From: Camelus dromedarius
Taxonomy: Eukaryota
Direction: 5' to 3'
Assembly (NCBI RefSeq): GCF_036321535.1
Contig: NC_087447.1
Coordinates: 49,478,001 to 49,542,000 of the forward strand
DNA: 64,000 nt
The position numbers were made by a program, and so were the translations under genes. Each line of letters starts with the position of its first letter. The first letter of the stretch is position 1. Below are positions 37,109 to 50,640 of this stretch, in pieces. The notes below the pieces were generated by a model. It ran no database searches and had not been told where the DNA came from. It saw nothing but the letters and a program-made list of their open reading frames with translations.

Positions 37109-37369
37109 GCTCGTGCCTGCGGCCCTGGCGCCCTGCCCTCAGGCGCCCATGGAGGCCCCCAACTGGTCCTGCAGGAGGAAGCACAGGCCTGTGAGGCAGG
37201 GGAAGGGTGACAACGTGGCCCCAACACAGCACGTGTCATTGTAGTCTAGGTCAGAGTGGGTCAGTCTCTGCTCAGAGCCCTGCAATAGGTCCCTGTCTCT
37301 CTTGGAGTCAGAGGCCTATCCTTGCAGGTCCCCCAGGACAGTGCCCTGCCACCCACCCATGACCTAATC

Positions 37370-37800
37370 ATCCAACAGAATCCCCATACCCATTAGCAGT
37401 CACTCCCCCACTCCCGTCCCAGACCCTGCCCACCCAGCAACCTAATCTACTTTCTGTCTTTATGGATTTGCCCATTCTGGACATTCCATATAAATGGAAT
37501 CATATGATATATGGCCCTGTGTGTCTTGTTTTTTTCACTTCAGGTTATGGCCTGAATCAGTGCCGTATTCCTTATTATGACTAAGTAATATTTAATTGTA
37601 TAGATATACCATTTTATCCATTCATCCACCAGTTGATAGAGTTTTTGGTTAAGTCCGCTATGAACAAGTTTTTGTGTGTGAATGTATGTTTTCATTTCTC
37701 TTAGGGACATACTTTGGGATGGAATTGCTAGATCACATGGTAACTCTACGTTTAACTTTTTGAGGCTGTTTTCCAAAACTGTTGCACTATTTTACGTTCT
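37370..37800 (-). mobile_element. L1M 3' end fragment
   Basis: ccattagcagtcactcc, ctaatctactttctgtct.tatggatttgcc.attctggacatt.catataaatggaatcata. Confidence 0.85.
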
Positions 37801-37911
37801 CAAAGTACTATCATCCCCATTTTACAGATCAGAATTCTGAAGCACAGCAAGGTTTAGCCATCTGTCAAAGGTCACACAGCAGAGGCCAGCAGTCTGGCTC
37901 CTTGCTCTAAC

Positions 37912-38239
37912 CCGGGGGTTGGCAAACTATCTCATGGGCCACATCTAACCAGCCACATATTTTTCTGCAGCCCACAAGCTAAGAATGGTTTTTACATTTT
38001 CAAATGGCTGGGGGGGGGGAAACCAAAACAAAAATATGTTGTGATCCGTGAAAATTATAGAAGAGTCAAATTTCAGTATCCATAAATAAAGTTTTATTGG
38101 ACGCAGCCCCATTCATTCGCTTATGTACTGTCTATGGCTGCTTTAAGTATAACTGCAGGGTTATGACAGAGACCATGTGGCCCGCAAAGTCTAAAATACA
38201 TACTGCCTGGCCCTTTACAAGGACAGTCTGCTGACCCCG
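37912..38239. mobile_element. MER58-type (hAT-Charlie) non-autonomous DNA transposon
   Basis: Termini gggggttggcaaact... and ...tgctgacccc; internal gctaagaatggtttttacattt, aaataaagttttattgg, tggcccgcaaag.ctaaaata. Confidence 0.85.
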
Positions 38240-40725
38240 TAACCACAAGGCTATGATGGCCCAGGAACTGGTATTGGAGTGCAGCATACAGTGGAGAGAG
38301 GAAAGGGCGCTGCAGGGGCTTAACAGTTACGGGGAGGGTCAGGGCTGCTTCCCAGAGGCAGCGCCGAGCTGAGGCAAGATGAGCTCCTCTTGCTAAGGCC
38401 CCAGAGGCCACACCACAGGGGCAGCGGGCTTCAGGCCCACCAACTACTTCCACGTCTGGGCCTTACTCGGGGCCTCTGCCTAACACCCCCTACTTGCCCC
38501 CACTCCCTAAGTGCTAACCTCACACAGGGATTACAGCCTCCAGTCCGGGTAGGGAGATGCATCAGGGGCTTGCTGGGAATACTGGCTGACATGGATCCTC
38601 CTAATCACTGGGATTTGTTGATGCAGCCTCTGTGCCCGCGGCTCCCTGGGGAGCCCCGTGGAACATGGTGCAGCTCCTGTGGACTCTCTGAGTAGAGCCC
38701 AGGGCTTGGGGGATAGGATAGGAAGGGATGCTACTACAGTTGGCTTAGCTCTCAGGAGGCTGGGGAGGTTGGGGCCGGGGTGGGCAGGTAGGAGATCGTC
38801 GTGGCTTTACTTTCCTCCTCTCTAGAAGGAGTGTGTACTCACTAATGTCCTCCTATGGCCACGGCCTTCCAGAGGGGTCAAAGGCCAGAGTTCACAGCCA
38901 GGGAGTCAGGTCTCACCATGTGCACCCCCAGATGAGGGCCTCCACTGTCAGGTTGGCCACCACCCCTGCCCCTACCTCCCCAGGAAGGGAGGAGGCAGCT
39001 GATATGTAGAAAGAAGCCCAGATTCATCCCGCCTTGGCCAATGGCTTGCCCTGTAGCCACAGCCACTCAGGGCTCTTCCCTAAGCCTTGGCTTCAGCTTT
39101 TGCCTTGACTTCTAAAAAAGATCAGATGACTGGGGAGGGGGATGCCAGGAGGGCACTTCACGGCAGTGACTGAGGTACAGCAGGTGGGCATTCTGCAAGC
39201 AGGTTCCCTCGCCCTCACATTCCTTTCCCAGGACCGCCTCCCCCACCCAAGCCAGGGCTGATTCCCATGTGCCCTCTCACCTCTCCCCCTCCCCACCCCC
39301 ATGACTGAGCATTACAACTCACCCAGGAATGGAATTTCCATTTCAAATCTGGAAAAGAGGGAAGTAGATGGGCCGGCTCCAGGTCTCCAGGCCTCACCCA
39401 GGACTCAGCTGATTGTAGCTCTTGGAATTACTCCCCTCCTGCACTCCTTCTCCCCCTCCCCCACCATGAATTTTCACAGTATTCATAACTGCAGGGGTAT
39501 CTCAGAGAGGCAAACTTCTCTTTCCTCTGCACGTTCTCCTGAAGCCATCAAGACAGCCAACGGCACAGTGCTGTCTCCAGGGGGTCACCCAGGCCCTGCA
39601 GACCCAGCACACAGTGACCGCCTCACCACCCCCAACCTGCCTCTAACATCCCTCAAGGCCCTTTAATCACCATTCCCTCGGCCCTGCCCTGGCCAGGTCT
39701 CATCTCTCCCCTGGATGGGGAATCCTCTGGCCTCCCTGCAGTGGCCTTGCCCCACCAAGCCAAGCTCTCACCTGCAGCCAGAGTGAGCTTTTGAGCAGGC
39801 AAATGGCTAGGATCCGGCTCCCCCAGCCTCACCACTCCAGAGTTTGCTGTCCCTTCATCTGGCTAACACCTCCGGATGTTATCTCTGCCGGGGAGCCTCT
39901 CCCGAGCCTCAGGTTTGGTTAGAGGGCTCCCAGCGTTCCTCATTCTTCCTGGGCAGCCTGTGTGAGCACCACTGACATGCCTGTCTCCCCCATGGGACTA
40001 CTCGAGTTATTCCCACATCCCCAGGGCAGCACGGGGAGGCGGCCCTGGGGGCTTCCTCGACTACACTTCTGAGAAAGTCCAGAAGTTCTGCTAACAGATG
40101 TGCTGCCCAACCTTGGGTAGTCTGGACGAGCTCCCAGAGACCAGACCCTCCCCACCCGCCCCACTTCCTGCCAGCGCTAATGGCATTACTTAGCATCAAT
40201 TGATTTCTCCAAGCCACCTCCCAAAGCTGCTGATATCAGCCAAGTTCCAAAGAAACCCCAGCCCAGAGCCCCCACTGGCTCTGGGACAAGAGAAAGCTCT
40301 CACCTCTGAGTCTGATGTTTGAGGGCCCTCCTCAGCCCTGAGTCTTGTTTTCTGTCTGAATTCCTGGTCCCTGCCCTGAACTTGCACAGCCTCCTGTTTG
40401 CGCAGGGAGGGGCCTTCCAGGAGTCAGGAGTGAGATGGAGTAATAGATTTGGGGACAGGCCCACACCTCCAGGGGCCTCTCTCTCCTGACATCCTGGGAA
40501 CACACCTCACCCAATCCCCTGCTCCTTGTCCCTCCCATGACTGGCAGGCCCTCACTGCCCCCAGAGCCCGCTGCCCCTGGCCCCAAGCTTGCTCTCTTTC
40601 CTGAGTATGGAAAGAGGACTCCAGCTTGGTCTCCTTCAACTGACTTGCTGTGTGACCTTGGAGCCTTACTTCACCTGTCTGAGGAGTGGGGACTAGACAG
40701 AGTGACACAGAAAAGCCCAAGGCTG

Positions 40726-41470
40726 CAATAAGAAGGGATAAAACACTGATACATGTTACAACATGAATGAATCTTGAAAACAGGATGTTAAGTGAAAGAA
40801 GCTGGTCATAGAAGGTGGTGTGGGGGCTTGTGGGGCCCATGCTGAGCTTCGTACCTGCCTCAGCTCCTGATGACAACCGTCCAAAGCAGAGCTTGACTGA
40901 CCTCTTTTACAGATGAGAAATATGGACCCCAGATGAATGGATGAAAAAACTGGGGTCCATCCAGACAATGGCGTATCACTCAGCAACAAGAAGAAATGAG
41001 CTATCAAGCCAGAAAAATACATGAAGGGACCTTAAAAGCATATTGCCAAGGGACAGAAGCCAATCTTAAAAGGCTACAAACTATATGATTTCAACTACAT
41101 GACATTCTGGAAAAGGCAAAACCATGGAAGCAGTATAAAAAGATCAGTGGTTGCCAGGGGTTGGAGCACGGGATTTTTAGGGCAGTGAAATTATTCTGTA
41201 TGATACTGTAATGATGGATATCTGTTATTAAACATTTGTCAACCCCCTGAGAATATACAACACAGAGTGATCCCTACCATAGACTATGGACTTTAGTTAA
41301 TAATATCATATCAATATTGGCTCATCAATTACAACAAATATACTCCCCTAACATAAGATGTTAATAAAAGGGAAAACCATGGGGTGGGGGAGGGAGATTA
41401 TGTAGGAATTCTGTACTTTCCAATCAATTTTCCTAAAACCGTTATAAAAAACAGTCTATTAATTAACTAT
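40726..41470 (+). mobile_element. L1M 3'UTR fragments
   Basis: catgaatgaatcttgaaaac..atgttaagtgaaagaagc; gacattctggaaaaggcaaaac; gatcagtggttgccaggg; gactatggactttagttaataat. Confidence 0.85.
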
Positions 41471-44400
41471 ATATGTATTTAATTTAAACATCTATGTTGA
41501 TTGATCAGTAGATAGCTAGATCAATGGATCTAGGCCTGAGAGATTAAGTGATTCACCCATGGCCAAACAGCTGTGGAAGAGAGAAGATATGAACCCAGGG
41601 CTGCCAATCCTAAAGACCAGTCTTTCCATGGCACCAGCCCCAAAGGGAGCGTCTGCCCATGTTTCTGCCGCCTTCCATGTCTATGCCTATGCCAGCCACA
41701 GCATTTGTCACTGCAAATTGCACCTCAAAGGGCCAAGTTCAATATTTTGGTTGGCACCAAAGAAGCAGGGGCGTGGAGTGTGGGACCAAGAACCCCAGGG
41801 AGGAAAAAGAAACCTGCCTCTCACTGACTCCTTCCGGGTTGAGGGAAGCACAGACCTGACCTCCTCCAACAACCTGCCAGGGCCCCAGGGAAGGAGGCAG
41901 GGCACACCTGTGGAGGGGGGACCACCTCGCCTTCTCCTTGGCCATGGCTGTCCTCACTGGGCCTCAACCCTAGCCTTGCCTTGGGGCTGGAGATGGGGGA
42001 ACAGGGCTGGGTGACCTCCACAAGCCTCTGGCCTCAGCGTTCCCATTTGTATCACAGGAGGGTTTGAACAACATCAGATGATCTCCAAGGGCCTTTTTGG
42101 CACTCAGCTTCTAAAACCCTTTCACCACCTGCTCTCTCCTCATCCCCCAGAGATAAGCAGAGACGGGGTTGCTGGAAGGGATGGAAGGATAAATCCCACA
42201 GTCCTTGCCTGATCTGATGAGGAAGAGCCCCCTCCATTCCCAGGACCAGTGGCTGGAAGTCAGCAGCTTGCCACTGACTGGGGTAGTCGAGATGAGGACG
42301 AAAGCTGCAGGAAGGCCTGCGACAAGGTTAGAGGCTTGGTCACCCTGAGCCCCAGCCAGGGCTCTGCTGCTGCCCAGGTGCCTCCACATCTTTGACAGGG
42401 ACCAAGGTGTAGGCAGTCATGGCCTGGATAACTCAGTGAGGAGCCCAAACTTCACTTAGGGTGAAACTCAAGGAATAAAAGGCACAGGGCCATGGGGACC
42501 CCTCCTCACAGTGCTCAGGGAACATGGCCCTGGAGCGAGACAAGGGCCTCCCTGTTGTCCTTTCCCACGGCCATGACTATCCCCTGTCCCCAAGCAGGTG
42601 TGCCTGTGAAACCACCGTAGCTCTGGGCTCCTCTGCCCATCCTCAAGGCCTGGAAAACTCCTACTCATCTCAGCTCAGCAGCCCCTCCCCCAGGAACCCA
42701 GCCCTGCCTAGGTCAAGGTCCCTTCTGGATCCACAACTTCTATGCTTCCTCTGGTCCCAGCTCTGATCACTGCAGGGCGGCTTCCTGGAGAGGGTGGATA
42801 TCAACAGAATTCAGAAATAAAGGAGGATCTGTAGCACAACAGGGAAGAAGGGGCTCTAGGTAAGGGGACAACAGAGGGAAAGCCTGGTGGCAGGGAGGGG
42901 TGGGCAGGGCCTCTCCCAGGGCTGAGGGCTCCAGCAGCAAGTTAATCCCCATGTGGGTTCTGTCTGGTGGTGACAGTGGGGTCTGCTGCCAACAGTAGCC
43001 TCCCAGCCCTCTGAGGACCCAGGGGCAACAGGGCACCCCCCAGGCAGCTCGCCAGCTGGGCTGTTTCTCCAACCAACCAACCGAAGCCAAACCCACAAAA
43101 CAAACCACTGGCCCCAGAGCTGGGGCTTGAGATGGGGGGACAGGGCTGATTCTGGGACTTCCCACTCTCCGGACCAGCCAATTCCAGACCCCACCCCACA
43201 ACTCTCTGGCACAGCCTCCGAGCTTAGCTTATGAAGAATGTTCAGTCATTACATTCCCTGCTGCCTGGGCCTCATTAGATGGCTAAACTGAGAGATGTGG
43301 GCTGCCACATCTCACTGTGTGGCCCTGGGCAAGTTATTCCACTTCTCTGGGCCTCAGAGAAAGCCCTAGATCCTAATGAAATTAGCAGAGAAGATAAGCA
43401 GGTGTAGGGCAGGAAGGAAGTCGGTCACTGAGGCAGCTGCCAGTGGGGAGAGGCTGGGGGAGGAGGTGCAGGAAGGGGCCTGGGGGGCCAGCAGCCCCCT
43501 GTCATGGCCACTCTTTCTTTAGGGAAAAGCTACTCAGTGGGCCAGGCTGGGACTCCAGCAGGAGCCATCAAAGAATCAATCATGCCGTAATTAGGGTCAT
43601 TATTAATCTCTTTCCACTGTGGGGCCAGGGCCTCCTGTTTACCCAACACTTCTGTCCCAGAAGACTCCTGACTGCGCTTCCTCTCAGGGAAATTCCCAGT
43701 GGTGGGTTCTCTGGTTCTCTGGTCGCTCCTGGCTGCCCTCCTGCAGGAAGCACTCCCCGCTTCTCCTTCGGGAAGGGCTGGCTTCCTGGGAATCCCGGCC
43801 CTGGAACGATCTGTTCCACATCTAAGGCTCTTTAGCTCACTCAGTGAATGCTTCCCCTATGCGCCAGGCACTGCTGGGACCCAAGAGGGATTCACAGAGA
43901 ATCAGACATGGCCCTTCCTTTCAAGGAGAAGACCTCATCGCAGCAGCAGCAGCTATGATTATAACCACACGCACAGCGCTTTACAATATACAAAGAGCCT
44001 TCACACACATTTCCCATTGAAGCACGGCCTCAACTCCGCAGATGAGTACCAGATCCCCATTTTATGGATGAGAAAGTTGAAGTTGGTGGAGGGCAGGACT
44101 GGTCTGCTGAGCCGCACCCTAGGTTAAGGCCCTCGGGGGACAGACCTGCATGTTTGGGGCCATAGGCTGAATGGGGGCCAGGCTCGGGACCCTACCCAAG
44201 GCCTGTGGGTTCTTGGCACAGAAAGGACCTCTCCTTGAATCTCTCCCAGGTCAGGGCTATGAGCTTGGGCTGCAAAGTCACTGGGATGGACCCAGACACT
44301 CTCTAAACTTAGAACACCTCCTCCAAGATGCACACAGCTGTGGAGTCCAGTCGCAGCCCAACAGAGATCACAGAAACACCCCTGGATTTCAGACTATGAA

Positions 44401-47400
44401 AGTCATCAAGTGTCAGCACCAGGAAAGACCTGGAGCTATTCCATCCAGCCACCCTTCCCTGCAGAAATTCGCCAAACAGCCTCAAGTGGTGGTTCCCCAC
44501 TACTGGCCTGCATGGGCTTGCAGACGCCTCATGACAGGCCCCTCCCTCCCTGAAGGGCTGAGTGGTTCCCTCTTTGAGCCAGGACAGTAGGAAGGCCCTT
44601 GGATGGGAGTGGCCAGGCCCCAGCCACCTCCTCCCCCATCAGCACTGACAGGTTCTGCCTGGAGCAGGCAGAGTGAGCCAACGTCCCCAAGGCCTCAAGG
44701 GCTAGCCCAGGGGACTGACGAGGAGAGAGACTTTCACCAACCTCTTGCCCTCAGTGGACACCCTAGCCCCTCCCATGCACGCAGTGATCCAGTCACAGGG
44801 ACCAGGCCGGCTTTTTCCAATGCCTCTCCCTGGGTTCCTGGGAAGGGGGAAGGGAGTGCGAACAGGAGGAGAAGGAGGAAGCGGAGTCTGGCAGAGACAT
44901 GCACTGAGCAAACTTGTCTCTGCCCAGTTTTTGCCCCCTGAGGGAATGGAGAGCAATGATTTATTTTATTTATTCATGTAAAATAGCAGAGGTATTACAC
45001 AAACAGGCTTCCCAAGCAGGCCCTGGGGATGGAAGGAGAAGGAAGTCCTACCATTTTCAGAATCTTTCTCTTCCTTCCCCTCACGCCTCCCTGTGTAGCC
45101 TCACCTGCCCCTGCCCACCTCACACCGCTGTGGTCTCAGCACACGGCGCCTCCCAGCCTTCCCTGCTCCGTGCCTTTGCTCGGGCTGGGCCCTCTGCCAG
45201 GAGAGCCCTCCCCCAACCCCAATCCAAATCCCACCCATCCCAACCAACACGCCCTGGGCAAAGCTCAGTCTGATCCCTGCACAGGAGCCCACTGCTTCCT
45301 CCCTTTGTGCTCACATCACCAAGCAGAGCTCTTGAGACATGATCACAGGCCTCTGTGCACCATAATTATCTGCTTCCGAAGCTGCCTTGCCCACCAGGTT
45401 GAGGCGAGGATTTCTGATCCACTCAGCCACGCTTTTCTAAAGAGCCACAGTATCAGTGACCCTACACCAGGTGATGGGGACACAAGATACCCCAGGCCCC
45501 GTCCCTGCTAAAGGAACCACTGTACAGGGGGACCTGTGTCCCTGCACTGGGCCAGCATCAAGAAGGCACCCATTTATATGTCAGTCAGAAAAGCTGGTTA
45601 AACGTGCAAAGGAAGAAGGAACCCGTTGGAGCCTCTTAAGCCATCCAACTGCTGAGCCACTTCTGAGCCTGGTCCCAATTCTGCCTCTGAATAATAATTA
45701 GCTTTTTCCCTATTTACAGAAAATTTTAAGTTACTAAAAAAAAGGCTCAATTAAGTATTTTCTCCCACAATTTTTTCTAAAGCCTCTGATACCTGTTTGC
45801 ACATTTCTGTTCCAGGTCTAGTATAAGAGGACCTCAGATTTAGCACAGAATACTGATTTCCTCACTGTCATATGCATCTCTCTTCACCATGGTGCTCTAT
45901 GGTGAGCAGCAAGCCCTCTACTTCCAGGCAAGTCTGAGAACCTGGGGCCTGATCTTTCCTCCCCCTGTTTCAAATTTCCTGGTTTCCTTTTGAGGGAAAA
46001 AAAAAAAAAAAAGACCTTGCTCGAATGCTGAAAGAGAAAGTCCCTAGGGTTGGTTGACCCAACACACCTTGAAGGTTCATGCCAAATCCATGATTCAAGG
46101 CCTCCAATTTCATCATTCACCATTCATTCCTTTGGTTGAAGCATCACTTTCTCTAGGATTCTCTCTTAAAATAAATATCTCCCCTGGAAATGGGAGCCCA
46201 TTAAACCTTCAAATTAGAGGTCAAGGAAACTTAGTTTAATACTTGGCTTTAGAGAGGCAGTAAATCACAGGGGTTAGAAATGTACACCCAGCGCCAGCCT
46301 GCCAGGCTTGAAACCCAGCTCTACCATTTACTAACTGAGCAGGCTTCTCAATGCCTTTGTACCTCGGCCTCCTTGTCTTTAAAGTAGAGCTAATACTAGG
46401 ACCAACCTCACAGGCTGTTGTGAGGATTAAATGAGCTAAAATGTGTAAGATGCTTAGATAAGTACCTGGTCCCCTGGAGTAAGCAAGAGACGACTCAGAG
46501 TCTCCATTTTTTTTGTTTTCCCTTGCCTCTAACACCTTTCTCCCCGCCTCCTTCCTTGCTTTTTGTTTACCTGGAAGAAGGTACCAGTGGCTGTAAGCTG
46601 GGCTCCCAAGGGGGTCCTGTCCACGGAGGTGGTGATGTCACTTCACTGGGAGAGCTGAGGGGACAAACCCAGACAGATTACACATCAGTCCACCCCGCCT
46701 TCTCCCCTCCCACCCAACTCTCAGTGAACCCTCACCTTGTGCTCACCCTGTGCTGGGTATGGGGCCCAGGGATGGGTCACATCTAGTCCATTCCCTGGGG
46801 AAGCCGCCAAGCTGGTGGGTGAGCCCAGGAGACGTATGTGAACCAGTCGTGGGCCGTGAGACCCCACACAAGCAATCCTACCCTGACACACGCTGCCCAC
46901 AAACCATCCCCAGCCCCGAACCCAGTACAACCTGCTCCTTGAACCACTCTTGCCCTCTCAGGACCCACAGAAATGTGATCCAAGGCCCAGCCACCCTGGG
47001 ATGAAACCTGGGGCTGTGCCTGGCTCCTGGGCGACAGTGGCCCTTTTGTGCTACCCAGGGACCTGCTTCTCTGGAGGCAGATGCCAAACCAGCTGTCTTC
47101 TCAAGCAGCCACTGAGGGAGGGCCGATGGGCTGGAGGCGGGATCTGGGGCACCACAATTATGTGGCTGACTTCTGACTCACGCACTGCCTCCCCATCACC
47201 AGGTCGTACAGCCAGCAGGGCAGCCCCCCTGCCCAGGAACTGGGAGGAGAGATGGTACTGACAGGCCCTGGGGAGAAGAGGAGAGTGGAAGGGGGCTCCA
47301 GGTCAGCACTGCAGGCTTTGGAGTATCGATGCTGCCACGTTGCCCACTAGGGGACACTGAGGCTGGCAGGGCCAGGGGCCTACCTATGTCACCCAGAGAG

Positions 47401-47794
47401 TCAGAGTCAGAGCCAGGGTGAGACCCAGGCCTCCTGGTGCCTGGCATACCCAGGGAAGCACTGGTTCAGGCCTAGTGCCCAGCCCAATCCCATGTCAACA
47501 GAATTCTCTTCAACCTGATGGGGCCCTGGAGCCACACACCAGCAAGAAATATAGCCAAGTCTCAGCCCTGGACGGGAGGGGCACAGAGCTGGGCTCAGAG
47601 ACAGCTTGAAAATGACATTCAGCTGCAGAGAGATGGACTCCTGGGAGGCCCCCAGCCCTGCCCTCCACCTCCAGGCCGCAGGTTTCTCACTGAGCCCTGA
47701 ATGCACTGCACTTTACAGTTTAGAAAACACACTTATTTCCTTTATCTCCCACAACGATCCTAAGGCTTAAGTGACAGAGGGAAAATAAACAGAG

Positions 47795-47957
47795 CAGGGC
47801 TTCTCAAACTTTAACGTGCAAACAAATCACCTGAAGATCTTGTTAAAAGACAGTCCAAATCAGCATGTCTAGGCTGGAGTCTGAGATTCTACATTTCTGA
47901 GAAGCTCCTGTGTGATGCTGATGCTGCAGGTCCAGGGACCACAATTTGAGGAGCAAG
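47795..47957. mobile_element. MER5A-like (hAT-Charlie) element
   Basis: cagggcttctcaaacttt...aatcacctg..gatcttgttaaaa...gatgctgatgctgc.ggtccagggaccaca.tttgag. Confidence 0.85.
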
Positions 47958-49529
47958 AACACAGCTGTTAACAGCATGGGCGCTGGGGTCAAACTGCCTG
48001 AGTTAGAATCTTGGCTCTTACTGTGTGACCATGGGTAAGTGACTTAACCTCTCTGTGCGTCAATCTCTTTACATATAAAACAATAATCATCATAATAAAA
48101 TATACCCCATAGGGTTGATGTGAGGATTGAATTATGTAAAATGCTTAAAATGATGATTATTATTTCAAAATTTTTAAAATGGAGGCTCTGAGAGGTGGAC
48201 ACACTCAGCAAGGCACTGGAGCAACAATTCAAACACAAATCACTTAATGTAAATCCTGCAGTAACAATTTGCCACAACATGTGCCAGCCAGCAAGCCCTC
48301 CCTGCATTAGACAGACATGGATATTGGGGCCTGGAGAGGGGCCAGGACTGACAAGGTCACCAGAAAGTCAGTGTCAGAAATTCAAGTCCATGACTCCCAG
48401 CCTAGTGCTCTTTCCATCACACTTTACTGTCCTGAAAGGAAGAGAAAGTGTCACAAGTTCTCTCTGGGGGTGGGGTCGGGGTCGGGGGTTCCAGCCCTGC
48501 TGTCAGCACCTCCTGCCCCTCCCCCCACAGTCTGGGCCAGGAGAACAGTCTAGCATCTTCCTTCCATCACCCATTTAATTCCAGTCAGTGGCACTCGGTC
48601 TTAGGGTCACCCAGCTGGGGTGGCAAGCAGGGGATGCAGCCCAGACCTGTCTCCACCCTCTCACTGGCTTCCCAGCAGGGGGCCATTGGGGACCAGTGAG
48701 TCACTTGAAGGAAGCGCTTGGCCACAAACAGGAAGTAGCTCTTCAAACAGAACCCCCCTCCTCCAAGGATCTCCCCAGGGCAGGTGGCCTAGATGGCAGA
48801 GTCTGATGAAGGAAGGGAAGCTGACTGAGACAGAGCAACACTTATTCAGATTTTACAGAAAACTCAAACGCAGCACCCATCCTCTGCACTGTGAAACCTG
48901 GCCAGGGGGCTTCTCTGCTGTGTGATCTTAGGTACATCAATGTCCCTCTCTGAGCCTCAATTCCCTCATCTGTAGACTCATGGGACTGCACTACAAGACT
49001 GCTATGGCCTTTTGTTCTACAATGAAATAAAGGATTCGGGGATGTGAATCCAGATTTAAATAGATGAACAAAAACATATATGAGAGAAATGAATGAGTGA
49101 ATGCCAATACCTAGATTTAAGCTCCAGCTGTAGCATAAGCACCATCACTTATTTATTGTTTGCTGTAGGACAGAGATCTCATTGGCAAGAAGACACCCCC
49201 TGAATCACACTTAGGCACAGGGAAGAAGGCCATGCCCTGAGCCCCACACACCACAAACGTTATATATTCCATAGGTATATTACAGAACATACAGAACTTC
49301 AGTCACACACCATCCTTGGGACCCACAAGGCTAATCTGCTCCCCTAACGTTGCTCAGGTCCCAGGTCCCAGAGAAATTCCTTTTCTTGGGCTTGAAGAAC
49401 AAATGGTGACTCTGTCCAGATGAAAGTCTGCGGGTTGCACAGTTGCTGATGGGGGTGAGGGGTTGGGGGATCTGGGACACTACTCGGGGCAGGGGCCGGG
49501 AGAGGCAGACAGAGGGAACTAAGTGGCAA

Positions 49530-50640
49530 GAATGTTTAGAGGGGCAGACAAATTAAACTTGTCAAATCCTTTCAGAGAGCAATGTGCAACAGCTTCTTGC
49601 ATAACAAAGTATCCGTTTCCCAGTAATGCTGAGCATCCTTTTTTTTTTTTCTTTTTGGCTTTTCTCCCTGTTCCAATTTGTGGTTCTAAAAGTACTTGTG
49701 AATTAGTGTGGTATTCACAATAAATGCACAAGGCAGCTGAGGAACATCTTACAGTCTTTAACAATTGATGTTACTCAAATCAATGTGACATGGAATGTGA
49801 TACTAACCCTTCACACTGGCAGCTAGATGAACATTAAACACTGAAACTGCGAATAGTTTCATTTTTACAAAATCTTCAAAAATTTGAATTACTATTTTGT
49901 GTCTATTTAAATAATTTTATTTGAAAATCAGATATTTGTTATTTATGATGTGTATAGTTTTAAATTCCTAGATAATTTCAAGGAATAAAACCAACTTTTG
50001 AAAATAGAAATTTTCTTTTTATGTTTAATTTACATTTTTGATGGAAATATATTCAAATTCTATGCACTTTAAATACAACTGCATTTTGTTTCGGATCCTT
50101 CAGACTATTATCATCAATACAGAATTTTCAAATGATGTGGAAATCTTGGTTATAACAATTATAGTGTCCTTGCTAAAATGAAGATAATAAAATACATCTT
50201 ATGAAATAAATAACAATGTATGAAATATGTCTTATTATTCATCCAAACATCACCAGCCCACCAACACAACACCCAGATGTGCAATAATAACTACATTCAT
50301 TCTTCCTTGATATTTTGCCACTTTGAGTCGTACAAAACCATAAGTTTAAAGGGGGAGGGTATAGCTTAGTGGTAGAGTGCTCGCTTAGCATATACAAGGT
50401 CCAATCCCCAGTACCTCCATTAAAATAAATAACCCTAGTCCCCCCCCACCAAAAAAACATAACTTTACATGTATATTTCAATTTACGTTATGAAGTTTTA
50501 TTTACCAAAGTGGGAAAATGAAACTATCTTATTTAATAGTTTCTTGGTCTTTTTCATAACCTTCAAATATCTGACAAACACGTATGGGTCTCTATTCGTA
50601 TTTCTGTCCTGAGCTCTGCAAATCTGGGGCCAGACCTGCC
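49530..50640 (-). mobile_element. AT-rich hAT-Tip100 (Zaphod/MER115-like) DNA transposon remnant
   Basis: Reverse complement of 50520-50640 (caggtctggccccagatttgcagagctcaggacagaaatacgaatagagaccc...atatttgaaggttat...aaactattaaataa) resembles the recalled Zaphod/MER115 5' end. The left boundary is approximate. Confidence 0.5.
50351..50457 (+). mobile_element. Single tRNA-Ala-derived (camelid Vic-1-like) SINE with a B-box deletion
   Basis: gggggagggtatagcttagtggtagag...cttagca...ggtcc[deletion]aatccccagtacctcca, A-rich tail, imperfect TSD aaaaccataagttta / aaaacataacttta. Confidence 0.85.

Noticed and set aside
45870..46015. T16 tract plus AG on the minus strand (possible cryptic acceptor) and a small hairpin tcaccatgg...tatggtga
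   Set aside because: No convincing paired donor, and the stem is too short for a pre-miRNA or a structured RNA call.
47341..48690. Additional CTCF-like motifs (CCACTAGGGGGAC at 47344, CCAGCAGGGGGCC at 48672)
   Set aside because: Partial matches are expected by chance in GC-rich DNA, and there is no supporting context.
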